Shown one piece after another: positions 25,231 through 39,184 of a stretch of DNA of 64,000 nucleotides. Source of the stretch: Macrostomum hystrix (Eukaryota; Animalia; Platyhelminthes). Position 1 is the first letter of the stretch, and each line of letters begins with the position of its first letter. The stretch spans positions 1,860,001 to 1,924,000 of the forward strand of contig CATNEN010000030.1 in the NCBI GenBank assembly GCA_950097015.1, written 5' to 3'. The notes under the pieces are model-generated. The model had not been told where the DNA came from. It did no database searches and saw only the letters and a program-made list of their open reading frames with translations. The position numbers were made by a program, and so were the translations under genes.

Positions 25231-25330
25231 CAACAGTTTTTGACACCCTCTTTGGCACAGCTCATTTCGCTATCGTTCTCTTACACCTTTATCTGACCGT
25301 TTTCACTGCATTTATGAAAATCGATAATTT

Positions 25331-25369
25331 TGCCCTGACGAAGACTATAATATAATCGAAAATTCGGCA
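25331..25369 (+). ncRNA. Minimal type-I hammerhead ribozyme motif (Penelope-like-element type)
   Basis: TGCC-CTGACGA-A-GACTAT(AAT)ATAATC-GAAA-AT-TC-GGCA: stem I TGCC/GGCA, both core boxes, stem II 5 of 6 pairs, palindromic AATT stem III, UC cleavage site at 25365. Confidence 0.65.
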
Positions 25370-26397
25370 CTTTTCAATTCTTGACGGACTCTCTTACTTT
25401 TTTGCCGTGTCAGTGCCTGCGGGGTTTGAGGCGCTCCTCCTCTCTCCCTCTCTCTCCCCTCTCTCTCCCCTCTTTCTCCCCTCTCCCCCCTCTCTCCCCC
25501 CTCTCTCTCCCTCTCTCTCCCCTCTCTCTCCCCTCTCTCTCCGTCTCTCTCCCCTCTCTCTCCCCTCTCTCCTCTCTCTCCCCTCTCTCTCCCCTCTCTC
25601 TCCCCTCTCTCTCCGTCTCTCTCCCTCTCTCTCCCTCTCTCCCTCTCTCTCTCCCTACAGTTTTTGACACCCTCTCCGCATTTCTCAGTCCCTGACTCAT
25701 TGTAATTACTTGCTACGGTTTTATGCAACTGAGCTACCTCTCTCCCTCTTACTTTCTCAGTCTCACTCAGTGGCAGTTTTGGATGTGAAGCAAGTGCAGT
25801 TTTAATAGTTAACATCCGTCACAATGCCGTTTGCATGCAATGCTAGCCGGTAAAGTAACTGTAAGATGGGAGAATCGGATTGGGAATACAGTGCCAGGTG
25901 GGAGGAGACAATAATTAGAGTGGATAGATTTTAAGATAGAAACGGCTAAGTTTAGACCCAGCAAGGCAATTTTATGCACTTTTTATGCCCCTCTGCCTCC
26001 TGGACGACAGAGGCTTGTCGAATAGGGGAGGTGGGGAAGTAGTGGAATATTCTCGTGCGAATCCTACAGAACATCAGATCGAATTACTGCCACACCCCGC
26101 ATCACAGAGACCCGCCCAATGCCCAGTCTGTCTGTCTGTCAGGTCAACTTTCTGACCAAGAGATTGAGTGGATGGACACTAATTTAAAACCCTAAAAATT
26201 CGAAACTTTTTTCGAGTTCCACAACTAAGCCAACCAGAGAAAAATTCCCAAAAAATCGATGGCGCCATAAATGCTGCACTGGTCTTGATTACTTTAGTTC
26301 TACATTCAGCAATAAAGTTAGATTAGAATTTGGTTCGACTGTGGCTTGATTCTGCGGAAATCTTGCTCGATGTGGAACAAACTTCAGGCGTCTGTCT

Positions 26398-26770
26398 CCA
26401 TCCCAACTCAGTGACTCCTGAAGCATCACATCCGTGTTCTGTGTCTATCCCAGCTCAGTGACTCCTGAAGCATCTCATCCGTGTTCTGTGTCCATGCCAA
26501 CTCAGTGACTCCTGAAGCTTCTCATCCGTGTTTTGTGTCCATGCCAGCTCAGTGACTCCTGAAGCATCTCATCCGTGTTCTGTGTCCATGCCAGCTCAGT
26601 GACTCCTGAAGCTTCACATCCGTGTTCTGTCTCCATCCCAGCTCAGTGACTCCTGAAGCTTCACATCCGTGTTCTGTCTCCATCCCAGCTCAGTGACTCC
26701 TGAAGCTTCACATCCGTGTTCTGTCTCCATCTCAGCTCAGTGACTCCTGAAGCTTCACATCCGTGTTCTG
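26398..26770. repeat. 47-bp minisatellite (ctcagtgactcctgaagcttcacatccgtgttctgtctccatcccag)
   Basis: About 8 units. Confidence 0.95.
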
Positions 26771-26940
26771 TCTGTACAACAGATTGAACTGAAGTGAGCT
26801 TGTCTGCAGTTTGAAACCAAGGCGCCGCAGTCCCTATTGATTATCCCAATGTTGAATTCTCTCTCATCGGATCATTGGGAGTCAAGTGGGACTGAAGATC
26901 AGTCTGACCCCGGTCGATACCAGGCCCGCGCTCAGTGCTG

Positions 26941-27105
26941 TCAAGTGCCGCTGGAACAGAAACTATTTGTGTCCAGCGTTTCCTTCGATCTCATCAGCTC
27001 GAGGCTTGCCGCACTAAAAGTGCAGATTTCACTGGTCTTTAAGAAACTCGACGGGAGTTGATACGAGCCGTGAGGCGGGTCGGATTTTATCCACTCCACT
27101 TTATC
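26941..27105 (-). CDS. Putative second exon of the polyQ orphan gene (DKVEWIKSDPPHGSYQLPSSF...)
   Basis: Phase-0 AAG acceptor compatible with exon 1; acceptor weak, no family recognised. Confidence 0.35.
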   Translation of the reverse strand, partial: DKVEWIKSDPPHGSYQLPSSFLKTSEICTFSAASLELMRSKETLDTNSFCSSGT

Positions 27106-27397
27106 CTTGGCTGATAGTCGGGCTTGGAGGCACGGCGGGCGTGAGCCACTGTCGCCAGTCGCTTGAGGCCAAATGAGAAACAGCACGATGCAGAAGGCTG
27201 AGCGAGAGAGCCTGTGGCCTCTTCATCAGTCAGTTGAGAATACTGAGGCTCAGGTTGTCATGCATACTCGGGAGTGACTCCTCGCAGTGGCAGGATTCGG
27301 CGCTGACTTGCGGCGCGCTAATTAATACAGAGACCTGAGTGCACCTGGGATTTAATTCTTTTGCACAGCTAAAGCAACCAAGTCAGTCAAAATACGA

Positions 27398-27660
27398 TAT
27401 CTCAAACTGCAATCTACTCAAACTGCAATCTACTCAAACTGCAATCTACTCAAACTGCAATCTACTCAAACTGCAATCTACTCAAGCTGCAATCTACTCA
27501 AACTGCAATCTACTCAAGCTGCAATCTACTCAAACTGCAATCTACTCAAACTGCAATCTAGTCAAATCTTGTCTAGTCAAATCCGAATCCACTCAAATCC
27601 GAATCTACTCAAACTTGAATCTACTCAAACTGGAATCTACTCAAACCCGAATATCCACAA
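27398..27660. repeat. 16-bp minisatellite (ctactcaaactgcaat), related to the 33-bp array at 31105
   Basis: Direct reading. Confidence 0.9.
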
Positions 27661-27782
27661 TTCCAAAAATATACTCAAACCCGATTTCTAAGGAAATCGC
27701 GTTTATCACAATGTACTTTTGGTATTAGATATTAGAGGTGTTGTGGGTCTGTTTCCCACCTCCCGGATCTTCACAGACCAAC

Positions 27783-27886
27783 CTTGTGCCCAGCCGCCTC
27801 CATCTTGAGGGAACTCGTCCTGGACATGTCTCCCAGTGCGTCCTCGATGCGGAACTTGGCTTGATAGATCAACACTCCATCCTCCG

Positions 27887-27950
<64 letters not shown>

Positions 27951-28001
27951 GCACCTGAGAGGCGAAAGCTCAGGTTCGGCTAGGGGAACTTGGAAGTCCA
28001 T
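27783..28001 (-). CDS. Hypothetical polyQ protein, exon 1
   Basis: ATG 3 nt after a gcag acceptor; 73 codons including ~21 Gln; AAG|gttggt donor. Confidence 0.5.
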
Positions 28002-28414
28002 GTCCTGCGAATCCAGTGCACTGCAAACTGCTGCCTACAATAAATTTACCACTTTGACTTGTAGGCTGAGAAAACGAGTCGGTAGGAGGGACTTGAGCAC
28101 TTATGAGCTCGCCTTTTCCGAACTGAACTCACGACTGGTGGACAGTGAATGCTGCTGTCTCATTGGGGCGGGCAGGCGAGACTGAATATTCAAGCCATGC
28201 TATTGGTTGGCTTGAAGTGCTCACTATTTCGCTTTGAGCTTTATTCTCAAATTAGGGACCCACAGCTTTACATCCCAACACAAACGAGCGAATGTTCGGC
28301 TTTGACTGTTTGTGTGAAATTGTTTGAGTATATAGTACAGAGTATTTGAGTATTTTCATTTTTCCAGTAAGTGACGGTCTTTGTCCGTCTGTCTTTGTTC
28401 GTCTGTCTCACCGC

Positions 28415-28646
<232 letters not shown>

Positions 28647-30030
28647 CACAAAAATTTTCTTTCTGTTTTTCTGCCTCTCTGTATTTTTCCGTCTATTTGA
28701 AATCCATCTCAATATTTGCTAGCCGAGTGTCCATCTGAGCAGTGCTCACAACTGACTAGTACCTAAAAGTTCAATATTGTCACGTAGTCCTCATGAGATC
28801 TGCTTACTGACTGTCATACCTGCGCATGCGTCCCTGGGCACTACGCGCAGTATTTCGCACGAGGGTGCCCCATATCAAGGGAATTCGATGTGTCTGTTAA
28901 TAATATCTGGAGGATGTGATTAGTTACAAGGACGGGCGCATATTTCTCCTACTCTCAATATCCTGCTACATTCGTCTCGTCACGTGCTGCGAGAGTTTTT
29001 TGTAATGCATCGTCAAATTTGTCTAAAAAATAGGATTCATCATTCTAACTATCCTAGAATTCGTTCACTAATTACCGGTTGGTGGGTACAGGTGTACAAT
29101 TTCTAGCTGAGAATGAATGCGTTTCCGATGTGAAGTGCTTAGGCTATACTGCTGAGCACGAAATTCCGTATCAATTTTTAAGTCGGCGACTTAGAAACCA
29201 ATGTTATCTTGTTATCTTGACTGATCAGAAAGTCAGTATGGTTTTTTTAAACAAAAATCCGGAAATTAGGTAATTCCAAAACTCAGTAATTTGAGAATTC
29301 AGAAATTCAGAAATCATTCGGAATTTTCGAGATTTAGAAATTCAAACTATTTTCGGAGTTCCGAACTTGATTATATTTTGTCGATTTTAATTTAGTAAGT
29401 CGTTGTTTAGAATCTGAAATAAAAAAACATGTATTTAGAAAATAGGTTCTTTCGAGAGAAAAAATGTTTGTATCATTTTTTCTGAAATCTCTGCTATTTA
29501 CCAAGTTAAATATTAGCCAGAAATTCGGGCTTTTCCTGATGCATCTGAAACTGAGCCTCACTAACATTCGCTGACAAAAAGATGGCGAGAAAGTGCGGAC
29601 TGGCCCCTTCCGTCTGGCGTGCTCAATATACAAAAAGCGGTGAAGTGTTGCGAGCGTCTCCCCGCGGTCGGCACTCCAGCAAATTTCAGGGATTTGGAAG
29701 CTGGGACCCCGGCAGGATGAAACCAAGGCCGAGACGCCAGTCCTAATGAAGACTGGCCAGTTCCCAATTAGGAGTCCACAAAGCTTCCATCTACTTGTCC
29801 TCCCTTTTTGTGCTCTCTTCCCCCTTCCTTCCCCAAGGCCCTCGTTCCCCAGTTTTTTACCCAGACAAAAATTGCCGACCCAATCCGGAGCGTTTGGACT
29901 TGCGAGTAAGTTAGTCATTGCGAGAACTTAAACTAGGGGTCGCTGCAGCGTCTGCTGGGCCGTGAATATTAACCCCATCTAAACACTTCGGATTTAATGT
30001 CAGTCTAGCATCCATCCCTTCCAAATATCT

Positions 30031-30180
30031 CTACCCCATCTCCTCTCTGATTGGCCACAGCCCTCCTGTGAGTATTATTACTTCCGTATCCCTACCCCAC
30101 CTCCTCTCTGATTGGCCACAGCCCTGCTGTGAGTATTATTATTTCTATATCTCTATCCCACCTCCTCTCTGATTGGACAT
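30031..30180. repeat. 61-bp unit x ~2.5, each with an ATTGG (CCAAT) box
   Basis: ctacccc...ctcctctctgattggccacagccc recurs at 30031, 30092, 30153. Confidence 0.8.
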
Positions 30181-31104
30181 CACTCCAACACCCATCCCTC
30201 CAAAATATATCTAAGCATCTACTCATCGATCGAATGTCACCCTTTACCCCACTCATCCCACCAAAGAAAAGCTATTCGAGTTTTTATTGGCCTTTCTGAT
30301 GCAATCCAAGCTATTTTTTGTGCTCGAGAGTTTCAAATCGTCAACGAATTTTTAGTAACACAAAAAGGTAAATAATTAATTTATTCAGTGGCAAAACGCA
30401 GTTAGTGAACAAAAAGAAAAAAACACTAAATTGTTTTAAAGAAGTCAGCTTGTACTTAAGCAGCCTCAGGTGCGCGCAGTGCCGTCAATCGCTTTCACTA
30501 TAGGACTAAAATATGAACCAGGAGTTACAGTACACAGGAGTATAGGTACTGTTCAGGTGCTGTGATAATCAAAGTAAGTCAGTCAGTTATACTAAAATCA
30601 AACGTGTACAGGTTTTAATTTTAGTTTACAAGATTACACTTAACCCTTCTATACAGTTTTCGGGATGTATCTAAAATATCTTTGAAAATATTAGGATTAA
30701 AAAACAGCTATATTTGAAGGTTATCTGCACTCACAACACGCACGAAACAGATAGATTATTAACATAGCACTACTTAAAAGCAGTAGTGCCATACGAGTAT
30801 TTGTTTAGATGACACTAAAACAGAGACAGTAACAAGGAAATTCTGATTTGAAAAAAAGCGAATTCGGGCTAAAGAGTTATCGAGACTGATAACCATTAGG
30901 AAATCGACCCATTACGGTCGAAGTAGGGCAAAGTTTGAGGCATCGATGAAGTAATTTCGACTAACTTTGACCATAGCATTGACAGAAAAAACGGCAGTAA
31001 AAGTTCTCATCGTCTAAGCACGCATGATGGGACATTTTTGTCAAGCTTAGGATACGCTCGTATAGCTAAGTTATATCTTTTCGAACTAGATTCTACACAA
31101 ACCC

Positions 31105-31935
31105 GAATCAACTCAAACCCGATTATACTCAAACTTGAATCCTACTCAAAGCCGAGTATACTCAAACTTAAATCCTACTCAAAGCCGAGTATACTCAAAC
31201 TTGAATCCTACTCAAAGCGAGTATACTCAAAGTTGAATCCTACTCAAAGCCGAGTATAGTCAAGCTCAATTTCTACTCAAAGCCGAGTATACTCAAGCTC
31301 AATTTCTACTCAAAGCCGAGTATACTCAAGCTCAATTTCTACTCAAAGCCGAGTATACTCAAACTAGAATCCTACTCAAAGCCGAGTATACTCAAACTTG
31401 AATCCTACTCAAAGCCGAGTATACTCAAGCTCGAATTCTACTCAAAGCCGAGTATACTCAAACTTGAATCCTACTCAAAGCCGAGTATACTCAAGCTCGA
31501 TTTCTACTCAAAGCCGAGTATACTCAAACTTGAATCCTACTCAAAGCCGAGTATACCCAAACTCGAATCCTACTCAAAGCCGAGTATACTCAAACTTGAA
31601 TCCTACTCAAAGCCGAGTATACTTAAACTTGAATCCTACTCAAAGCCGAGTATACTCAAACTTGAATCCTATTGAAAGCCGAGTATACTCAAACTTAAAT
31701 CCTACTCAAAGCCGAGTATACTCAAACTTGAATCCTACTCAAAGCCGAGTATACTCAAACTTGAATCCTACTCAAAGCCGAGTATACTCAAACTTGAATC
31801 CTACTCAAAGCCGAGTATAGTCAAGCTCAATTTCTACTCAAAGCCGAGTATACTCAAACTTGAATCCTACTCAAAGCCGAGTATACTCAAACTCGAATTC
31901 TACTCAAAGCCGATTACACTCAAGCTCGAATCTAC
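31105..31935. repeat. 33-bp minisatellite (ctcaaacttgaatcctactcaaagccgagtata)
   Basis: About 25 units, each made of two ~16-bp ACTCAAA subunits. Confidence 0.95.
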
Positions 31936-32373
31936 TCAATTTAATTTCGCACTAAAAAGCTTATTTACGATGATAAACTTTGACATTGTGAAAGGGCCTA
32001 GCGCAAGTGTGCATTGGGAAAAGTGTAGCAACAACAAACACAAATAGTTATGTCTGCTAAATATATTAGGATCTTTGACGGTCAGTGCGAATTGCAGTAT
32101 TGCTTCTCCTAGAAGTCTTAGGCTCGTGGCGCTCTTAAGCAGTGAGCAGCCCTTGCCTTGTCGACAGCGAACACGCGAGACAGAAAGATAGACAGTAAAA
32201 AATGAAGTGGGGAAATGCAAAGGTGAGAAGAGATAAACAATTTTTTGTTAAATAAAGTAAAAAATAATTCACTTGGAGTGCAACAGTGAGACCAGTGCTC
32301 AGTTAACACCGCCTTGAGGGAGCTGATAACTGGAACGTTTACTTCCCGTCTAATCATTGACCTACTGAGCAGG

Positions 32374-32481
32374 TCAGTGGGATATGCTGGGCAAGTGGCT
32401 CTGCTTCTTTCCTTGCTTTGAGTTTCCCTGCGGCGACTTCGAGATGGGATTAGTCATGTGATTCTGCTGCAGCGACGGCCA
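32374..32481 (-). CDS. CDKL1: CDKL1-type kinase exon 9 (…SHLPSISH*)
   Basis: ctaacttcag acceptor, phase 0; ends in an HLPxI-like motif as in CDKL1 C-termini. Confidence 0.8.
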   Translation of the reverse strand, partial: WPSLQQNHMTNPISKSPQGNSKQGKKQSHLPSISH

Positions 32482-32768
32482 CTGAAGTTAGCAAGGAGAA
32501 AATTGCTTCAATTAATTTCTGATACGGAACGAATGCTTTAACAACGAAAGCTTCTGATTAGCTGAAATTTGCTGATTGGCTGTTTGCTGATCACTCACTT
32601 GCCCAAATGTTTCTATCCTATCTCGTTGCTGATTGGCTGTTTGCTGATCACCCACTTGACCAAATATTTCTATCCTATATATGGTCGCTGATTGGCTTCA
32701 GTGTCAAAATGTCAATTAATGTCAAAACCACGCTTCGAATAAAATTAGTTGATCGGCAGCCCTCCTAC

Positions 32769-32924
32769 CTGTGGCCGCTGCTTGGCGTCCATCGCTTTAA
32801 TTTTCCGTCGGCCGGCAGCGTCCTCGTCTCTATAAACGTCGCTGTACATGGAGCGGTCGAAGCAGTCGAACCGTTTCAAATCCTCGCAGGTTGCCCGCTG
32901 CACCGGGTCCATTTTGAAGCAGAA
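32769..32924 (-). CDS. CDKL1: CDKL1 exon 8 (FCFKMDPVQRATCEDLKRFDCF…)
   Basis: Kinase subdomain XI; 156 nt, canonical splice sites. Confidence 0.88.
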
Positions 32925-33017
32925 CTGCAGAGAAGAAGCGTGCAGTTATTTTTATAATGGAGACTAAATTTAGTTTTATCGCTGTGTACTGGACAGTAAA
33001 CTAATCTGCAGTCTCAC

Positions 33018-33086
33018 CTGCATTAACTGCAACTCCTTTGGCAACAATGGCTCCTTCATGTGACTGAACTTTTCCTCGAGGCCCTC
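33018..33086 (-). CDS. CDKL1: CDKL1 exon 7 (EGLEEKFSHMKEPLLPKELQLMQ)
   Basis: ttttttcag acceptor, gtgaga donor, phase 0-0. Confidence 0.85.
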
Positions 33087-33173
33087 CTGAAAAAAACATG
33101 AGGAAAGAAGTTTTTAATTGCTGTTTAAATTGCACTGGAAAATGTTTCAGCTATGAGCAGATTCTCTGCTCAC

Positions 33174-33256
33174 CTGATGCTCTGGCTCGGGTATCTTCAG
33201 GCCCCTGAAGAACGAGTTCTCCTGAAAGATTTCCTTGTGCCGTGGCAGTAGTTCGC
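33174..33256 (-). CDS. CDKL1: CDKL1 exon 6 (GELLPRHKEIFQENSFFRGLKIPEPEHQ)
   Basis: Subdomain X; phase 1 in matches exon 5. Confidence 0.9.
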
Positions 33257-34229
33257 CTGTTTGAATGAATAGTGTTGGGATCAAACAAAAGTACATCAGT
33301 AATATGTGAACTCAAATTTGTTTGCAGTAGAAAGACAATTTTTGTCAAATAGCCACATTTGTCTCTTTTCTGTATCGCCCAAAATGTTCAACCAATCGAA
33401 ATCCAGAACCATAGACAACAGCAGAGGGCGGGCTGCCGTTAATTTTGGCCATTGTTGACTATTTTTATAGACTAAATTTGTTGCAGTGGAATTTCACGAA
33501 AATCGGCCATTTGGTTTGGGAGCTATCGGGAAGTAGGCAGTATTTGTGTATTTGAAATACCCCATTGGTATTTTATCGCGCGGAGAAATAGCATGCTTTT
33601 TCTTCTGTTAACAGCCCGGTTGCCAAGTCGACCAACCAGGGCGGTGACATTGACAGCGCTTTGCAACCCTAGATATTTTTATAAAGACTGATTGAAGCAG
33701 TTGGTTAGCAAGTTGGTTGGCTAAAATATAATTTGAATTGCAGATTTTTCGAGATTCTAACTGCGAGCTATGAGTTAGTTTATGCAACTTTAGTGCTCAA
33801 GAAACGATATTAAGTCGATAAACACTGTAGATAATTAGGACACAGAAGTGAGTCAGCGGCCTCATCAGAGAGGCTTCTGAGGTGAGCAAACACAAGAGTT
33901 TGCTGAAATAACTCCTTCGAAATTGACGAGTTTGGGCACAAACAGACCTGAGCCAAGCTGAAACGGACTCCAGTGTAAATACACAACTGGCTGCTGCTCA
34001 TCAGCTTACTTTGCTGGGCCCTAGTGTACAGGGAGAGCTTCATGAGATTCCAGATGACCAGATAAGATAAATGAGATAAGTAAAGTCTTCTGGGCAATTG
34101 TGAAGTCGATTTAATCTTCGGTTTTAGATAAATTTGGATGGATTTAAGACCAAACCAATCAATGGGACTTCTCATTTATTTACTGGGAAAACTTGGGGCT
34201 GCTTTAAAACAGTCCTAACCAAATTCACT

Positions 34230-35400
34230 TTCCCAGTCCCAGTCCTGGTCCCAGTCCCAGTCCCAGTCCTAGTCCTAGCACCAGTCCCAGTCCTAGCCCT
34301 AGCCCCAGTCCCAGTCCCAGTCCTAGTCCTAGCCCCAGTCCCAGTCCCAGTCCTAGTCCTAGCCCCAGTCCCACTCCCAGTCCTAGTCCTAGCCCCAGTC
34401 CTAGTCCTAGCCCCAGTCCCAGTCCCAGTCCTAGTCCTAGCCCCAGTCCCAGTCCTAGTCCTAGCCCCAGTCCCAGTCCTAGTCCTAGCCCCAGTCCCAG
34501 TCCCAGTCCCAGTCCTAGCCCCAGTCCCAGTCCTAAGCCCAGCCACAATCCCAGTCCTAGTCCTAGTCCCAGTCCCAGTGTTTCCAGTCCCAGTCCTAGT
34601 CCTAGTCCCAGTCCCAGTCCTAGTCCCAGTCCCAGTCCTAGTCCCAGTCCTAGTCCCAGTCCTAGTCCCAGTAAAATTCACATTCCCAATCCCAGTCCTA
34701 GTCCTTAGTCTCAGCTCTAGTCCTAGTCCTAGTCCCAGTCCTAAGCCCAGCCCCAGCCCAAAGTCCCAGTCTAATTCACATTCACAGTCCCAGCCCAAAG
34801 TCCCAGTCTAATTCACATTCCCAGCCCCAGCCCAAAGTCCCAGTCTAATTCACATTCCCAGTCCCAGCCCCAGTACCAGTCCCAGTCCCAGTCCCAGTCC
34901 GAGTCCCAGCCCCAGTCTCTTTTCTCAGTCCGAGTCCCAGCCCCAGTCCCAGTCCTAGCCCAAGTCCCAGTCCTAGTCCTAGCCCCAGTCCCAGTCCCAG
35001 TCCCAGTCCCAGTCCTAGCCCCAGTCCCAGTCCTAAGCCCAGCCACAATCCCAGTCCTAGTCCTAGTCCCAGTCCCAGTGTTTCCAGTCCCAGTCCTAGT
35101 CCTAGTCCCAGTCCCAGTCCTAGTCCCAGTCCCAGTCCTAGTCCCAGTCCCAGTCCTAGTCCCAGTCCCAGTCCTAGTCCCAGTCCTAGTCCCAGTAAAA
35201 TTCACATTCCCAATCCCAGTCCTAGTCCTTAGTCTCAGCTCTAGTCCTAGTCCTAGTCCCAGTCCTAAGCCCAGCCCCAGCCCAAAGTCCCAGTCTAATT
35301 CACATTCCCAGTCCCAGCCCCAGTCCCAGTCCGAGTCCCAGCCCCAGTCCCAGTCCGAGTCCCAGCCCCAGTCCCAGTCCGAGTCCCAGCCCCAGTCCCA
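34230..35400. repeat. Hexamer (ccagtc/ctagtc) array with an internal ~500-bp duplication
   Basis: Block ctaagcccagccacaatccc…gtaaaattcacattccc recurs at ~34533 and ~35033. Confidence 0.92.
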
Positions 35401-36129
35401 GGTCCAGTTCGCATTTTAAAGCGTCTCCACTGATAATTTCGCAAAGTTTTTCAGTTGCATTGGCACTGAAAAAGCTGTCTGAAACAGTCGCTTTAATTGT
35501 TGCACGTCACAGAAGGCTGGGGCGGTCCCGGGGGTACACCGGGGCACGATATCATCCTCCGGTGGTCCAAAGAGATAATCAGTTGTTTGTAAATCGAGAC
35601 AATGCCCTCAAGCCGTGAGAACACGCAAGCAGACAAGCGAAGCAGAAATGAGGCATCGTGAGTTAATTCGCACAATTACAACTCGCACTCACTGCTGGTG
35701 TCTCTGAGACTGGTCGTTCGGCTGCTTCTGTTAATTGCTTTGCGCCCATTTCTGCTCGACAATTTTCTTGTTTCTTTTCTACATTTAACTCCAAGGGGCA
35801 AACTGCGTGGCAGTTTGTTTAACAAAAATCCTTCGCAGCCACAGGTGGGCAGTCAGGTGTGCTTTGTGCCGCCAAACAACAGGGGAAAACTAATTAGTAT
35901 TTCACTCTCACTATTGCTTGGTTCGTCTATTGGGCTGCCTAGATAAGCTAGCTAAGCTGCGAGCTCAATCAGCATCATTAGCGAGCTAAATTATTGAGTT
36001 AGTTTGCCCGCAATGTAGAGATGAGGCTGGGTAATGCAGAGTGGAGTGCATAATGTAGAGTGCATCCATTGATGCCGATTTGCATGAAGTTTTAAAGGTT
36101 TGCGTCCCGGTTCTTGGAAATATTGATTC

Positions 36130-36885
36130 TTAGAAATCCAGATTCTTAGCTATCCGCATTCTTAGAAATCCTGATTCATAGAAAACCAGATTCTTAGAAA
36201 TCCAGATTCTTAGAAATCCAGATTCTTAGAAATCCAGATTCTTAGAAATCCAGATTCTTAGAAATCCAGATTCTTAGCAATCCGCATTCTTAGAAATCCT
36301 GATTCATAGAAATCCTGATTCTTAGAAATCCTGATTCATAGAAAACCAGATTCTTAGAAAACCAGATTCTTAGAAATCCAGATTCTTAGAAATCCAGATT
36401 CTTAGAAATCCTGATTCTTAGAAATCCTGATTCATAGAAATCCAGATTCTTAGAAAACCAGATTCTTAGAAATCCAGATTCTTAGAAATCCAGATTCTTA
36501 GAAATCCTGATTCTTAGAAATCCTGATTCATAGAAAACCAGATTCTTAGAAAACCAGATTCTTAGAAATCCAGATTCTTAGAAATCCAGATTCTTAGAAA
36601 TCCAGATTCTTAGAAATCCTGATTCTTAGAAATCCTGATTCATAGAAATCCAGATTCTTAGAAATCCTGATTCTTAGAAATCCTGATTCATAGAAATCCT
36701 GATTATTAGAACTCCTGGTTCATAGAAATCCTGATTCATAGAAATCCTGATTCATAGAAATCCTGATTATTAGAACTCCTGGTTCATAGAAATCCTGATT
36801 CATAGAAATCCTGATTCTTAGAAATCCTGATTTTTTGAAATCCTGATTCTTAGAAATCCCGATTCTTAGAAATACCGATTCTGAG
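36130..36885. repeat. 16-bp minisatellite (tccagattcttagaaa)
   Basis: Direct reading; CDKL1 intron 5. Confidence 0.95.
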
Positions 36886-37514
36886 AAATTATCGTTTATA
36901 GCAACTAGTTTTTGTTAATATCTTATATACAAGATAAGATATAATATATAGAATCTTAAATTCTAACGCACACACACACGAATGGACAGACAAGATTCAG
37001 TTTCAGCTTGTCTGTCACTCTAATAAAAAACTTTTATAACTCAAATTTTGACTGCGAGCCCTGTAAACAGCCTCATCAGATCCATGTCACTCACTCTCAC
37101 TGAGTCATTGGACAGCATCTTTGGCTCTTCATCTCACTCATCTCTTACTCAATGCAGTTTGCAGCGAGTCAGTAGGGCGAGTCGGCCTTTAAAATCTACT
37201 ACAATGGATGAAGATGAAAATTAAGAAGAATATGCATAAAACTAGCTGCTTATCACTTTGACAATAAACCAGTTTTATTGTTTAAGATAAAAATCTCTTT
37301 GATTTCCTTCGCAAATAAAGCTGCTTCTACCCGTATCTAGATGCAAATGATAACAAAACATTCGCTATTGTTGACCATTGCGAAACAAAGCAATAGCTTG
37401 ATTGTTGAGTGTGAGAAAATATAGAATGACTACCCTCATAAATGTGTATCTGTGTTAAACAAAAGTTAATAAAATTTGTTAATCTGATTATTCCTATTAA
37501 GCATTCAGTGACTC

Positions 37515-38553
<1,039 letters not shown>

Positions 38554-38564
38554 TCAAATGCGTG

Positions 38565-38795
38565 TGTGGTTGCTATGGAAGTTGGTTGCTATGGAACTGG
38601 TTGCTGTGGGAACAGGTTACTATGGGAAATGATTGCTGTGTGGAACTGGTTGCTATGTGAAATGGTTGGTATGGGAGCTGGTTGCTATGGGAACTGGTTG
38701 CTATGGGAACTGGTTGCTATGGGAACTGGTTGCTATGGAACTGGTTGCCATGGGAACTGGTTGCTATGGGAACTGGTTGCTATAGGAACTGGTTG
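38565..38795. promoter_or_regulatory. 16-bp minisatellite made of RFX X-box motifs (GTTGCTATGGGAAC) in CDKL1 intron 4
   Basis: Six 14-mers matching RTHNYY-WT-RRNRAC at 38681, 38697, 38713, 38744, 38760, 38776 plus degenerate copies; function untested. Confidence 0.6.
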
Positions 38796-38945
38796 GTATT
38801 TGAAGCATGATCTGGTTTCTATCTAAATTATTAGCGGGTTACTATAGTGAATATGAACAGGTTGCTATCGGAAATACTATGCGCGGTTACAATGGGGAAT
38901 ATTATCTGGCATTATTGGCAATAACGAATAGTAATGTACTAGCTA

Positions 38946-39068
<123 letters not shown>

Positions 39069-39184
39069 TTAAGCAGACAGATAAATTTGGTGCTTTTTAG
39101 CTAGAAAAATTCTGACTTATTATAAAGGATACTATCTCATCTTATTTGGAAATTATAATGGGACATCATCTGATTGAGTGAGAG

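Noticed and set aside
27250-27350. HDV-like ribozyme (GACTCCTCGCAGT L3-like loop)
   Set aside because: P3 only 2 bp, P1 and P1.1 cannot be built consistently, and a competing GGAG/CTCC hairpin exists.
37030-37090. Minus-strand CTGATGAG…CTC hammerhead candidate
   Set aside because: GAAA box absent (GCAG), no closing stems.
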